DNA from: Macrostomum hystrix
Taxonomy: Eukaryota; Animalia; Platyhelminthes
Assembly: GCA_950097015.1 (NCBI GenBank)
Contig: CATNEN010000039.1
Coordinates: 16,740,001-16,804,000 of the forward strand
Reading direction: 5' to 3'
Length of the DNA stretch: 64,000 nucleotides
The notes beneath the pieces are model-generated. The model did no database searches and was not told the origin of the DNA. It saw only the letters and a list, made by a program, of their open reading frames with translations. Every line of letters starts with the position of its first letter. Positions within the stretch are counted from its first letter, which is position 1. This document shows positions 24,031 to 35,089 of the stretch, piece after piece. The translations under genes and the position numbers were made by a program.

Positions 24031-27000
24031 TTACTCAGCTCGCCGGTAGCGCATCGGCGCTAATATTGGCGGGGGCCAACGCCCCATGTCGCGGAGGTAG
24101 GCAATAATCTTCCCGGCGGGGCCGGTCAGGGGGTCGTCAGTGCCGAAGATGCGGTGACGGGCCGCGTCGCCCCTAGGGCAGTGATGCAGGACGTGGTCCG
24201 TGGTGTCTGTGGCGCCGCAGTCTCGGCAGATGTCGTCGTCCTGCAGGCCAAGTCGTTGTCGCGTTACGCCACAGATGGTGCTGACCCCGGCTCGGAGTTG
24301 GTTGATCGTAACGAACTCGAGTCTCGATCGACCAGGGTCAGTGGGGCGGAGCGGTGGCCCAAGGATCTGATAGTCAAGTTCCTGGCGTCCGCGGCGAATA
24401 GCAGCACGGGCTGCCGACAGGCTGATTGCAGAGTTGGCTTGGTCCTGGGCTGCGGCTTCGGCGGCTGCCGCGTCCGCAGCGTCGTTGCCGTCGATGCCGG
24501 CGTGGCCGGGGACCCAGATGAAGGCGAAAGAAGCTTCGCTGGCGGTGATGATGCTCCAGCAAGCTTCCCCCACCGTGGTCGACTGGCTGAGCGGTCCTTG
24601 TTCGAGGGCAGACAGCGCGCTAAGGCTGTCGCTCAGGACGGCGATGCTTTTGGGCCCGGGGGCCGCTTCATTGTGACAGAAAGCCAGGGCGGCGTGAATG
24701 GCAACGAGCTCCGCCTGGAAGCTGCTGCAGATGGACCCCGCCGGTTTGTGAACGCAGGTGATGGAGTTGTTGAAATGAATGACGGCGGCACCTCCGCCGT
24801 TTCGGCACCCGCCACTTGCGGAGCCGTCCGTCCAGGCCGTGGCTTCCGCTTGCCTGGCTCTAGCGATGCTGGCGGCGGCCGCCTCAGCGCGGGCTTCCGC
24901 CGGTGCAGTGCGGCTGACTGTCCGGGCGCTGAAATCGAAGCTGACGTCGCCCTCGCGTTTAAAGTTCCAAGGGGGCGGCCACGAGGGCATCTCCCGAGGG
25001 AGCTGGCGAATAGTGCTGGAGATGGGCAATTCGCTGGCTGCACGGCGCCAGCAGCCGCGGAAACGGCGGGTGCGATCGAGGTCCAGGAGGCGGGCTGCGG
25101 CCGGTTCGGTGTCAGCGACGGGGTCCTCGGGCGGCTCCTCGAAACTGCGACACTTAAGGCGTGGACGAGTTTCGCGATGGGCCGTTTGGAATGATGGGCA
25201 GTTCGCAGGGAGTCTCGCGATGCGCTCGAAGAGGTTAGCGGCGCGCTCGATGGCCACAGTGCCGATCGGTGGCAGGTTGGCTAGTCGCAGGGACGAGCTG
25301 TTAGGCGTAGTGCTGCAGCAGCCAGTGATGAGGCGGGCGCAGATGTTTTGCTGGCGCTCCACGCTCTGCCGTGTGCTGGGAGAGGCGCCGGTGAGCCAGA
25401 TGGCGCTGCCGTAGTCAGCGCAGGCGCGGATGGTGGCGGTGTAAATCGTCCTCAGAGTTCGGGCGTCGGCCCCGTTGCTGCGGTGCGCGATGGCCGCTAG
25501 TGCTCGGCGGCGCTGGGCCATTCGCTGCCGGATCTCTGTGCCGTGCTTGCTGAAGGTCAACTGGCCGTCGAGGGTCACACCCAGGAGGCGCGGGTGCGGG
25601 TTGAAAGCAAGGTCGTTGCCATCGATGGTGAGCGGAAGGCGGACTTTACCGTTGGTCTCCGAAGGGCAGAGGGTGAAGGTGGAGTATTCACACTTCTCGA
25701 GGCTGAGCAGGACCTTCCACCTTTTGCACCACCTGACGACTGCGTCGATCGCTGGCTGGAGGATGTTGCTGCAGTCGGTAAGCTTGCGCTGGGTAGCCAG
25801 GAGACTACTGTCGTCAGCGTACAGGTTAATAATGCAGCTGGGGCTGGCCAGAGAGACGGCAGTGGGGAGATCGTTAATATAGATAATATAGATTTAGCGG
25901 GGCGATGACGCTGCCTTGTGGGAGGCCTTCCTCAAAGCAGCGCTCGCGGCTGCGACTGGCGCCCCAGCGGACAGTGGCACGGCGGTCGCGGAGGAATCTG
26001 TAGATCCAGAGCGTGAAGCGCGGCGGCACACCGGCGTTGCGGAGTTTAATGCAGAGGGCACGGAGCCATACGCGGTTGTAAGCACGGCGAAAGTCGAGCA
26101 GGACAAGGGCCGAACGGAGCGCCGGGCTGGCCTCCAGTCCGTCGAACACGGATTGGCAGACGTGAGCTAAGATTTCTTCGGTGCTCCGCCCGATCCGGAA
26201 ACCCGCCTGTTCCGGGGCGAGGATGCCGTTGCGCTCAAGCCAGCAGCTGAGGCGCCGTTGGATCATCCGCTCGGCGGTCTTGGCCACGCAGCTGGTCAAC
26301 GCGATGGGGCGGTACGACGTGGGCGACGCGAGGTCTTTGCCCTTCTTGGGGATGGGCACGATGGTTGCGCGCTTCCAGCCGGTCGGGATCGGGGCGCCGT
26401 TCCACACAGCGTTAAAGATCGCGAGGAGGCGCTGTTCTGCCGCCGGGGGGAGCTGCTTGAGCATCTCGTTGCAGATCTCATCCGGCCCGGCGCTTTTTCC
26501 GGATTTGAGGCGCCTGATCGCGGCACGGAGCTCGACGATGGAGAAGTCGCTCTCGGCGTCATTGTGGCCGGCCGCCCTGCGGCAGGAGCGGAGGTACGCG
26601 TTGGCTTCTCTGCGGGTAGAAATGTTGTCTGTGCCCTTTTCAAGGCGGGACTCGGCGGCGTAGATGCCGGCGAAGAGCTCGGCCTTTTGGCGGTCGCTCA
26701 CGGCCGTGTGCTGGTGTCCACGCTCAGTCGTGAAACTGATGCAGGCACTGGAGCGGGCCGCTGGGGCATCGCCACGCAGGGACCGAGCAAGTTTAAAAAG
26801 GTCGGAGTTGATGGTAAGGCTCTCGCAGGTATGGCTCCAGTGGTCGCGTTTGGCGTTGGCCACAGTGGAGCGGAAGTCCCTTCGGGCTCGATTCAGATCC
26901 ACGACGTTGGTCTCGGATGGAGCAAGCTCGGTCCTGAGGCGGGCCTCTTGGCAGGATTTAAGAGCGGCGTCACAAGCTGCGTTCCAGAAGGATTTCTCTT

Positions 27001-28504
27001 TGCCCTTGCGGGATCCTCTGGGAATGGAGTCGGCGGCGGCCTTGAGGATGTCCTTGCAGAGGGACCTGTAGGCGCTCTCCGAGTGGCGGGCGCGGCCGTC
27101 GGTAGTTCCTCTCGCTGCGTTGAGGCTATCCTTAAACCGGGTCCAGTCCGCCTTCTTGAAGGACCATTGGGTATGGCGCGGACCTGGACGAAGTTTTTCG
27201 GCTTGAATAGCGAAAAGGATCGGCAGGTGGTCGGAGCCGAGGTCGGAGTCGACCTTCCAGGAATAGCACACGGTCTGGCAAAGGGCCCCCCTAGCCCAGG
27301 TTGAGTCGGGCGCGGACTTGCCGCCAGTGGCCGGGTTGATCCTAGTGCTGACTCCTGGGCGGTTGCAGAGCTGGAGCTGGCGGTCGGCGGCCCAGAGCTC
27401 CAGGGCCACGCCGCGAGCGTCCTCGGTGCAGTTGGTGTCCCAGCTGCCGTGCGCGTTGAAATCGCCGCCGACCACGCAGCTGTTGCCGGTGGTGGGAATG
27501 GCCGAGAAGTCGGGGGTCCAGTGCTCGCCCGGCCTCTGACTGCTGGTGGGCGGGGCGTACACGCTGACCAGGGTGGTGTTCCCAGTACCTTTCAGGTGGA
27601 CCGTACAAGCTGCGATGTCGAGCGGGCCCCGCGAGCAGTCCGGGATGGTGGTAAACGGGATGTCGTCACGCACCAGGATAAGCGCGCCCCCGCGGCCTGG
27701 CGGGCTGCGGGCGGGCTGGCGCGGGCCGGTGGGCGCGATGGTGGTGCTGGGCGCCGGGTCGGGCTGGGCGGACGTTCGGTCGGTTGGCGGGTCTGGCGGC
27801 GACGGCCTAGGGTCAGACTCGGCTGTCCAGGGCTCGTCGCGACGGGTGCAGGCGGAGCGGCCCGAGCGGCAACCCGCACACCAGTCCTGGCGGGCGTCGG
27901 GTCGCCTAAGGCGGCAGCGTGGGCGCTTGACGTTCCGCACTGGCCTGCCTGGCGGCTGCGCACGGTCGGTGTCAAGTTGGGTCTTGCTGCCGTTGTTGTT
28001 GTTGTCGGTGCCGGGGTCTGCTTGGAGGGTCTGCGGGAAGAGCTCGTCCTTGTTAGCGCCGTCGGCACGGGCGGCGACGCTGTAGCCTCTGGGGGCCGTC
28101 CAGGCCGAATCCAGGGGGAGTTTGCTTTCCTGAAGCAGGACGGCGGCGGGTCGGTGTTTGGCGAGCCAGCGGGTTAACTCCGGAGAGCGGCTTTTAACGC
28201 CGTTGCAGTTAAACTGCATGATCAGGAGCTCTTCCCGAGGGCTGCGGTGGCATCTCCCGCGCCGGTTTCCCGGCCGGTTCCTGGCTGGCAGCGGGTCGTG
28301 GCCGCCTCGGAGGCGGAGGACCTGGTGGAGGTTGTCCTCGTCGCCCTCGGTACAGGGCGGGGCGGCGAGCGGCCTAGATGGTCCGATGACAATGACATTT
28401 CCGGTGGTGGGGGGAGGATCGCACCTCCGCGACATCTGAGATTGGCGGGACACTTCGTCGTCCTTTAGAGGACGTTCGGGGGCGCGGCGTGAACGCGGTC
28501 CCAT
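24031..28504 (-). pseudogene. LINE ORF (APE endonuclease, RT, RNase H, C-terminal zinc finger) with one frameshift near 25890
   Basis: APE motifs QFNCNG, LLQESK, VSVYAPP, GGDFNAH, SAPD, SDHLPI. RT motifs GPDEI, YRPIALTS, EQAGFR, GLPQGSVIAP, YADD. RNase H motifs WTDGSA, FQAEL, SDSLSAL, WVPGHAGIDGNDAAD. Zinc finger CRDC..HVLHHCP. The frame is broken at a tandem ATCTATATT duplication. Confidence 0.9.
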
Positions 28505-28550
28505 TGCCAGCGGCCAGTCGGTGGCTGGACGCTCCCCGGTAGGGGCCCCC
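28447..28550 (-). ncRNA. HDV-like self-cleaving ribozyme at the LINE 5' end
   Basis: Minus strand folds by eye as P1 GGGGGC/GCCCCC, P2 GGGAC/GUCCC, P3 GCG/CGC with L3 UUCACGC, P1.1 UC/GA, P4 CGUCC-UCUAAA-GGACG and J4/2 ACGAA. G1 abuts the TSD. Confidence 0.85.
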
Positions 28551-28739
28551 GGCTGCTGCTGTTGCTGTTGCTGTCGCCACAGCTGTTGCTCAGTAGAAGC
28601 TCATTCTTCGGTTGAATGAGTGTTTAGTGGGGACTAAATCATAAGCGAGAATGAATTCAAGCTACGGCTCGCTTTCTAAACGCCTTTCACTGCCACAGCA
28701 GATGTTGGCAGAAGTTTTTAAATATGTTGAATGGTTCTA

Positions 28740-29600
28740 TGCTGCTGGGGGACATTGGTTACTTGCTGCTGAGGGGACATTAGTTCTCTGCTGCTGGGGG
28801 GCAATAGTTATCTGCTGCTAGGGCGGAATTAGTTCTCTGCTTCTGGGGGGAGTTAGTTTTTTGCTGCTGGGGGGAATTAGTTCACTGCTGCTGGGAGGGG
28901 GAATTAGTTCTTTGCTGCTGGGGGGGAATTAGTTCTTTGCTGCTGGGGGGGGAATTAGTTCTTTGCTGCTGGGGGGGAATTAGTTCTTTGCTGCTGGGGG
29001 GGAATTAGTTCTTTGCTGCTGGGGGGGGGAATTAGTTCTTTGCTGCTGGGGGGGAATTAGTTCGTTGCTGCTGGGGGGGAATTAGTACTCTGCTGCTGGG
29101 AGGGGGAATTAGTTCTTTGCTGCTGGGGGGGAATTAGTTCTTTGCTGCTGGGGGGGGGGAATTAGTTCTTTGCTGCTGGGGGGGGGAATTAGTTCTTTGC
29201 TGCTGGGGGGGAATTAGTTCTTTGCTGCTGGGGGGGGGAATTAGTTCTTTGCTGCTGGGGGGGAATTAGTTCTTTGCTGCTGGGGGGGAATTAGTTCTTT
29301 GCTGCTGGGGGGGGAATTAGTTCTTTGCTGCTGGGGGGAATTAGTTCGTTGCTGCTGGGGGGGAATTAGTTCTTTGCTGCTGGGGGGGAATTAGTTCTTT
29401 GCTGCTGGGGGGGGAATTAGTTCTTTGCTGCTGGGGGGAATTAGTTCTCTGCTGCTTGGAGGGGGAATTAGTTCTTTGCTGCTGGGGGGGGAATTAGTTC
29501 TTTGCTGCTGGGGGGAATTAGTTCTCTGCTACTGGGGGGGGGGAATTAGTTCTCTGCTACTGGGGGGGAATTAGTTCTCTGCTGCTTGGGGGACATTGGT
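28740..29600. repeat. About 25-bp G-rich minisatellite (GCTGCTG6-9AATTAGTTCTTT)n
   Basis: Tandem array whose units differ mainly in G-run length. Confidence 0.95.
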
Positions 29601-30044
29601 TTTTTTCTGCTGAGGGGATAGTATTCACATGTACCTCAGTAGCATTAAGCTGAGTTGTATCAAACGTATAAGTTTCTTGTGTAATTTTGCCCCAATGGGG
29701 CTCTTGGTGTACAGACCGGATGTCTCAGAATGTATTCAAGCTCAGACCGACTATTTTTTGTATTTAGTGAGAATTCAAATTCTTGTTGAATCGCAATCAG
29801 GAATATTCGCAATCAGGGAAATTAATACTAACGAAATTAGTTTTCGTTTTTGTTTGCTTTCATGTGTGTTTTGTCCTTCTGCATTACACAATATATATTT
29901 GTCTGAACAGTTGTGCTGACACACAAGGGGGGCTTAGTGTGCTAGTTCAATTGCTAAAGTTATTCATTAGCTGACAGTAAAAAGAACAGTGTCAACCAAC
30001 TCACCTTGATAATATTTGGTAGTGATAGACGCCATTTCTCTTTA

Positions 30045-30870
30045 GCAGGACGACGGTGAAGGCGTTTCAGCCTACGCAAGAAGGTTGCGGCAAGGCGCTT
30101 AGAACTGCGGATTTACGGCTCGTACAAGCGCAGAACTGAATGACCGGCTCAGTGATTAGTTGGACTGTCCAACAAAAAGATCGCCAAGAAAAAAGTGACT
30201 ACGGTAGCAAGTGCATGCGAGGCGTGAGTCGTGGCGAGACACAAATTCAGGACAAATCATGAGTATCAAACTCAAAGGCCCAGAAGCCGGTGCACCAGAA
30301 AAGCGATCAAAGGTATGGCCAATCGCGATCAGCCAAGTGCGACTGTTGCGGCAAAGAGCATATCAAGGATCAGTGCCACCACAGGACCAAGACGTGTCTT
30401 CAATGCGGTAAGGTCGGTCATCTCAAATCGGTTTGTAGAAGTGGATCGATCAAAGGTGGACAACAGCACTCAACGAGCTGCAAATGGTCACAAGGAAGTG
30501 GACAGCGTCCAACTGGCAAAGTAAGCGCTATGGACAACGAAGCAGATCAAGTCGGGAATATTTTCTCAATGATGACGCCCGCAGACTGCCGTAGAACCAG
30601 CAGGATAACACGGCATGTTGTAGTCAATGGAACGAAAATAAAAATGATACTGGATTACCGGGTTGTGCGCAGCGTTCGTGTCAAGTAAGGTCAAGTAAAT
30701 GTCAATCCAAATTTGCAGAAATAAGGCCCACAACCAGGAGATTCGCGGCGCACCAAGAAGATCCAGTGCTAGTAAAGGGCGAAGCTACTGGGAAAGTCGA
30801 GCTGCACTCAGTAAGTTTTGATCTAAAGCTGTTTGTGGTGGACAGTGCTGAATCGAGACTGGATTGCAGT
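30045..30870 (+). pseudogene. Degenerate Gypsy gag-protease remnant
   Basis: Double zinc knuckle CDCCGKEH..CHHRTKTCLQCGKVGHLKSVC; VVVNGTKIKMILD before a frameshifted DTG; stop codons. Confidence 0.7.
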
Positions 30871-31279
30871 TCTGGAACCACGTCTCTACACTTCTATTAC
30901 AAAATGCACGGTGCTTAAGGGAGACTGTTCAAACTCGACAGCAGCGTGCTCTGTGAGGGGATTTTCTGCGTCATTGGCGATTGAGTCGGAAGTAAAGCCC
31001 ATCTAAAATGCAAAAAAATGTGTTGCGTGGCGTGCGCCGCCGCATCGCTTATTGCTGCATTATCACGCCGCTAGTCCCGCGGTCCGATTACCGGCTCTTC
31101 GTCTGCGACTTCAATTTACGAGACCCGCTCAATCGACCGCCTAAGTGGCCTAAGTGCAGAGGATGCCCTGGCAACTGTCCATGTGCAGCGGCAGCAAGCC
31201 GCCGTAGACGACGCTATCAAGGTCCGCCATCAATGCTCTGACGGGGCGAAAACGGCGCCTTCACCTGGATTTGGCTGGC

Positions 31280-32715
31280 GACATTCGCGGTTGCAGCCCA
31301 TGCTGGATCCGTACCTGCGGCCTGAGCAGAACAGTTTCCGGCCCCACTTGGCATGCGTGGCGCAGATCCTAGCTCTTCGCCGAATCATCGAGGAAGCGCG
31401 CAGCCGCCAGTTGACATCCTGATCTTCATCGATTTCAGGAAGGCTTTCGACTTTGTTGAGGGCAGCGCTACCATTTGTGCCTCGCGCTAACAAACGTACC
31501 AGAGTAGCTGCATGGTTTCCGCCGTGATGGCGATGAACCACGACACAAAAGACGCTGTGATGACACAGAGTCGGCCTTTCGGATCCCTTTAACATATCCT
31601 CCGAAGTGCTTCAAGGGGCACGCTGGCGCCGTTCCTGTTCATTCTGGTGCTCGACTGGGTGCTTCGCACTGCCCTTGCCGACTAATGACGACGGTTTTCT
31701 GTTGCGGCGACGCGTGGGACGACGCCAACCAAAGAGGCGGCTTAGCGTGCTTGGCTACTCCGATGATCTCGCCCTGCTGTCCTTGACTGTCGAGGGCGCC
31801 CAGCGGCAGCTGGACAAGCTGGTTGCCGTTGCTGCGAGCGTCGGCCTGGTGGTCAAATTGCAAAAGACCGTCGTGCTTTGCGGGCGACACCGAGGTCACT
31901 ATTTTCTTTTAAGGTGAAGATGGGCAGGTAACGGAACTCCTGTCAGCAGTTCACCTACCTCGGCAGTCTGGGGCCAGACGGACGCGACGATCTGCGACGA
32001 TATGGGCTTGCCTGGGCAGCCTTCCCTTCTGTGAGGCCTATGGCGGTGGTCGAATCCGCCATGCTTTACAACGCCGAGACATGGATCCAGTCGATGCAGC
32101 GCACACTAGCCTGCTGCGCGCTGTGTGAGAGATACAATTCAGACTACTGACAACAGTAGAAAAGCAAAGACTTGGCTTCAGAACTCTCACATAACACTAA
32201 AAAAATATCGCCATGAAAATGGCAAGGTTAAAAGAGATTTCTGTGCACACTATAGGAGTGGTGGGAGAGGACTGCGTGTGGCTATGGCTGACTGACGAAG
32301 GCAAACAAGCCAGAAACCGGTCTCGGTCTGCCAGCGCGAGGTTCGTTCCCCACTTTTTGTGTGTTACACGCTGCCTTTCGAATCAGCTTTGGTGAGCGAA
32401 TCACCAACGCGGCACTATATCGCCGCGCCGGCCTGGCCCGCCTAACTGACCTACACGCCGTTGGCGACTTCAGCTGGCAGGCCACCTGATCCGCGCCAAG
32501 GAGTACTTCCCCCAGCCTGCCAGGAGGTGCTGCTGCTCACGCTGCAGGCCCCACTTCGGCGGGGGCAGGCATGAACTCGGCGGTAAGTCGACTGCCTGTT
32601 AGCCGACGCCGGTGGCACTGTACTGCCTGAGGCCTTGTCTAATCGCGCGCTCAGGCCTAGAAACATGTCTTCTACGCCTAGCTCTAACTCTGGCATATAT
32701 TGTTGTTGTTGTTGC
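31280..32715 (+). mobile_element. Degenerate RTE-like LINE fragment with (TTG)n tail
   Basis: LDPYLRPEQNSFR, AQILALRRIIE, FIDFRKAFD, VLQG..LAPFLF and LGYSDDLALL in shifting frames. Confidence 0.8.
32124..32368. mobile_element. Solo LTR inserted in the RTE remnant
   Basis: TG...CA ends with 5-bp TSD CGCTG (32119-32123, 32369-32373); removing it rejoins the RTE sequence (SLLRAAF). Confidence 0.75.
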
Positions 32716-34790
32716 GTTTGTTATTGAAGTGCGTAAATGTGAACTATTATGAAGACAAAGAACGCATTTTTTCAGTGCCGATGCTGCGAATTAATGATTG
32801 CTGCTCATTCACAGTTTCCATATGCCAAATATAACTATTTTAATATAGGCATCTATGCTTGACTTTAGTACCTTTTTTTATTCTTTACCTATCACAAAAA
32901 TTATTTTTTTTGCAAAATTAAAAGTGCAAAGTGCAACATATACTTTTTTAATGACAAGAAAATATACAAAGTAAAAATCTTTTCGATATATTATAATGAC
33001 AGACTTTATTTATTTTAGTTTTTTCCACTAATAATGGTTTTAATTTTTCTATTTTGACAAAATGTTTTTGTCTTACTTTGCTTAAGCACATCGGCATTAA
33101 TTTGACAAGGGTGCTTTTGGTGTATTATTGTAAAAGATGACCTACCACTCGCAGTCAATATTCACTCCATGCTCGAGGACCAGTTTATTAAGGCGCTAAA
33201 AACACTTTTCGCGTGTTATCCCCTCTAACGGTACACGAAGTAGTTAGGCCTATACAAAATTTGAATAAATGGCGCTAGCCCAATTGTTGTCATAATTATA
33301 AAGTAAACTGTCGTTTAATTTACAGGTTAGTCTAGACTGTTGTATTGGGTCTTGACTAACGAGAAAGCATTAAATATTCAACTTGGTGTTCTTACTTCTT
33401 ATTTGAGTTTTCTAATCTCTTAACTTAACTAGTAATAAATTATGTTCATATAGCTATAATAAATAGTAGGCCTATGGTATATATGTGTAAATATATATAG
33501 TGTCTGTGCGTATATAGCTTTTTACATAAAAATATTAAATAGCTCTCTATTGATTAGGCTCTAATTAGAGCTAAATATAATTGCTAGCTTAAATAAAATT
33601 GAAGGCCATTCCTCATTGCTATTTTACTCATATTTAATTAATTATGTTTTTAGACTACTAGGCCCTACGCCGCCCTAGTCACTTTTTCATGCACTAGTTA
33701 AGACTACAATGTATTTCGAATTTAAATAAAATACAAAAAATAAGTTTAAGATGGCAACATTGTTAGATACATTCATGTTAAAGGATTGATAATACATTTA
33801 TAATGTGACTAGCATCAGTGCAATTTTTTCTTATTTTAAGATTATGGTTATTTAGATGTTAAAAGTTCATATTTCAGCCTAAAGGGGCACACAGTTATTA
33901 ACTTGTCATTTAATGAGCTCTGGTAACTTAACTTTCAATCAATCCAAATAACCTAGTTATAAAATGGATATTCAACATGGGTTAAAAAAGGCTCCGGCCG
34001 AAATCCTCATAGGCCTATTCTAAATTGTCATATGTTGTAAAAAAAATAACAACATTATCTAAATTGTCATATTGTCCACATTGGACAATGTGACATTCAC
34101 AAAGTCGTCATGTTGTTATTTTATTGGCTCTGCAAACAGCTTTGTTGAAAGCATAAGCGAAGCAAAGCATACATTTTTGGCCTTGTCTCAGTTGCCTCTA
34201 CAAAAATAATGTCATTTGAGCCACTCAAAGTACATTGCACGTTACATAACATGTGCACTGAATTTCATTCAGCATGTAGCTATGTTCATGTAACTCAAAC
34301 ATGCCCTTCTATTGCTTTGTCATGATTTGCAATATTTGCATATTGCATTTGTCTGTTCATTGTGCCTACCTAACACTTTTATCGGTGCTTTTTTTATCTG
34401 GATTTACTTTTAACTGCCTTTAAATCAATTAATTGTTTGAATTATGCGTCATCAAATATTCAAATTGCATTCATAATTAAAATGAGCAATGAACAGATAG
34501 TCAAGATCGTCATATTAAATTGAATATTGCGACACTTTTGTTCCTATTGTCATCATCATATGATGTTTTAGAATATGACGATTTGATCTGTAGGCAGTAT
34601 CTGGTTGGCAGTACCTAGTCTGTGGACTTAACAGCCATGTGCAGCCTTTGATGCAAATCTTCACCCCTATATCTGCTTGTTCCAAATAGACAAAAACTGA
34701 ATTCAAATTCAACAAATTTCAGCTTTTTTAGGTCAAATTGAGTATTCAAACAAGCAGCTTTAGATTTGAATTCATCAGACTATCGTCACC

Positions 34791-35043
34791 ATGGCACCAC
34801 CTCCTGTTGGAGCTGTCAATTCAGGATTGTCATTAGATATTAAACAAGAAACTGGTGATAGCGATGTGGATGCCAACAGCTTTGATCATGACAATGGCCC
34901 TGTAATTGATGCAGCTAATGCAGTTGACAATCCTGCTGAACCAGATCAACGAAAGCGCCGCCCGCAATCCGACACCAAGTTGGCCAACAATGGTGATGAT
35001 AATGCTGCTGCTAAGAAGAAGTCGCGCCTAATGTCTTCTAAAG

Positions 35044-35089
<46 letters not shown>

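Larger units (their letters stand above)
24009..28550 (-). mobile_element. Full-length non-LTR retrotransposon, Ingi/I-group-like (APE-RT-RNase H)
   Basis: 10-bp TSD GGCTGCTGCT at 23999-24008 and 28551-28560; (GAA)n 3' tail; single long ORF; 5' HDV-like ribozyme; GC-rich relative to host. Confidence 0.92.

Noticed and set aside
24154-28468. Many long + strand ORFs over the LINE (and over 50498-55258)
   Set aside because: Antisense shadows of GC-rich coding sequence, with no recognisable motifs
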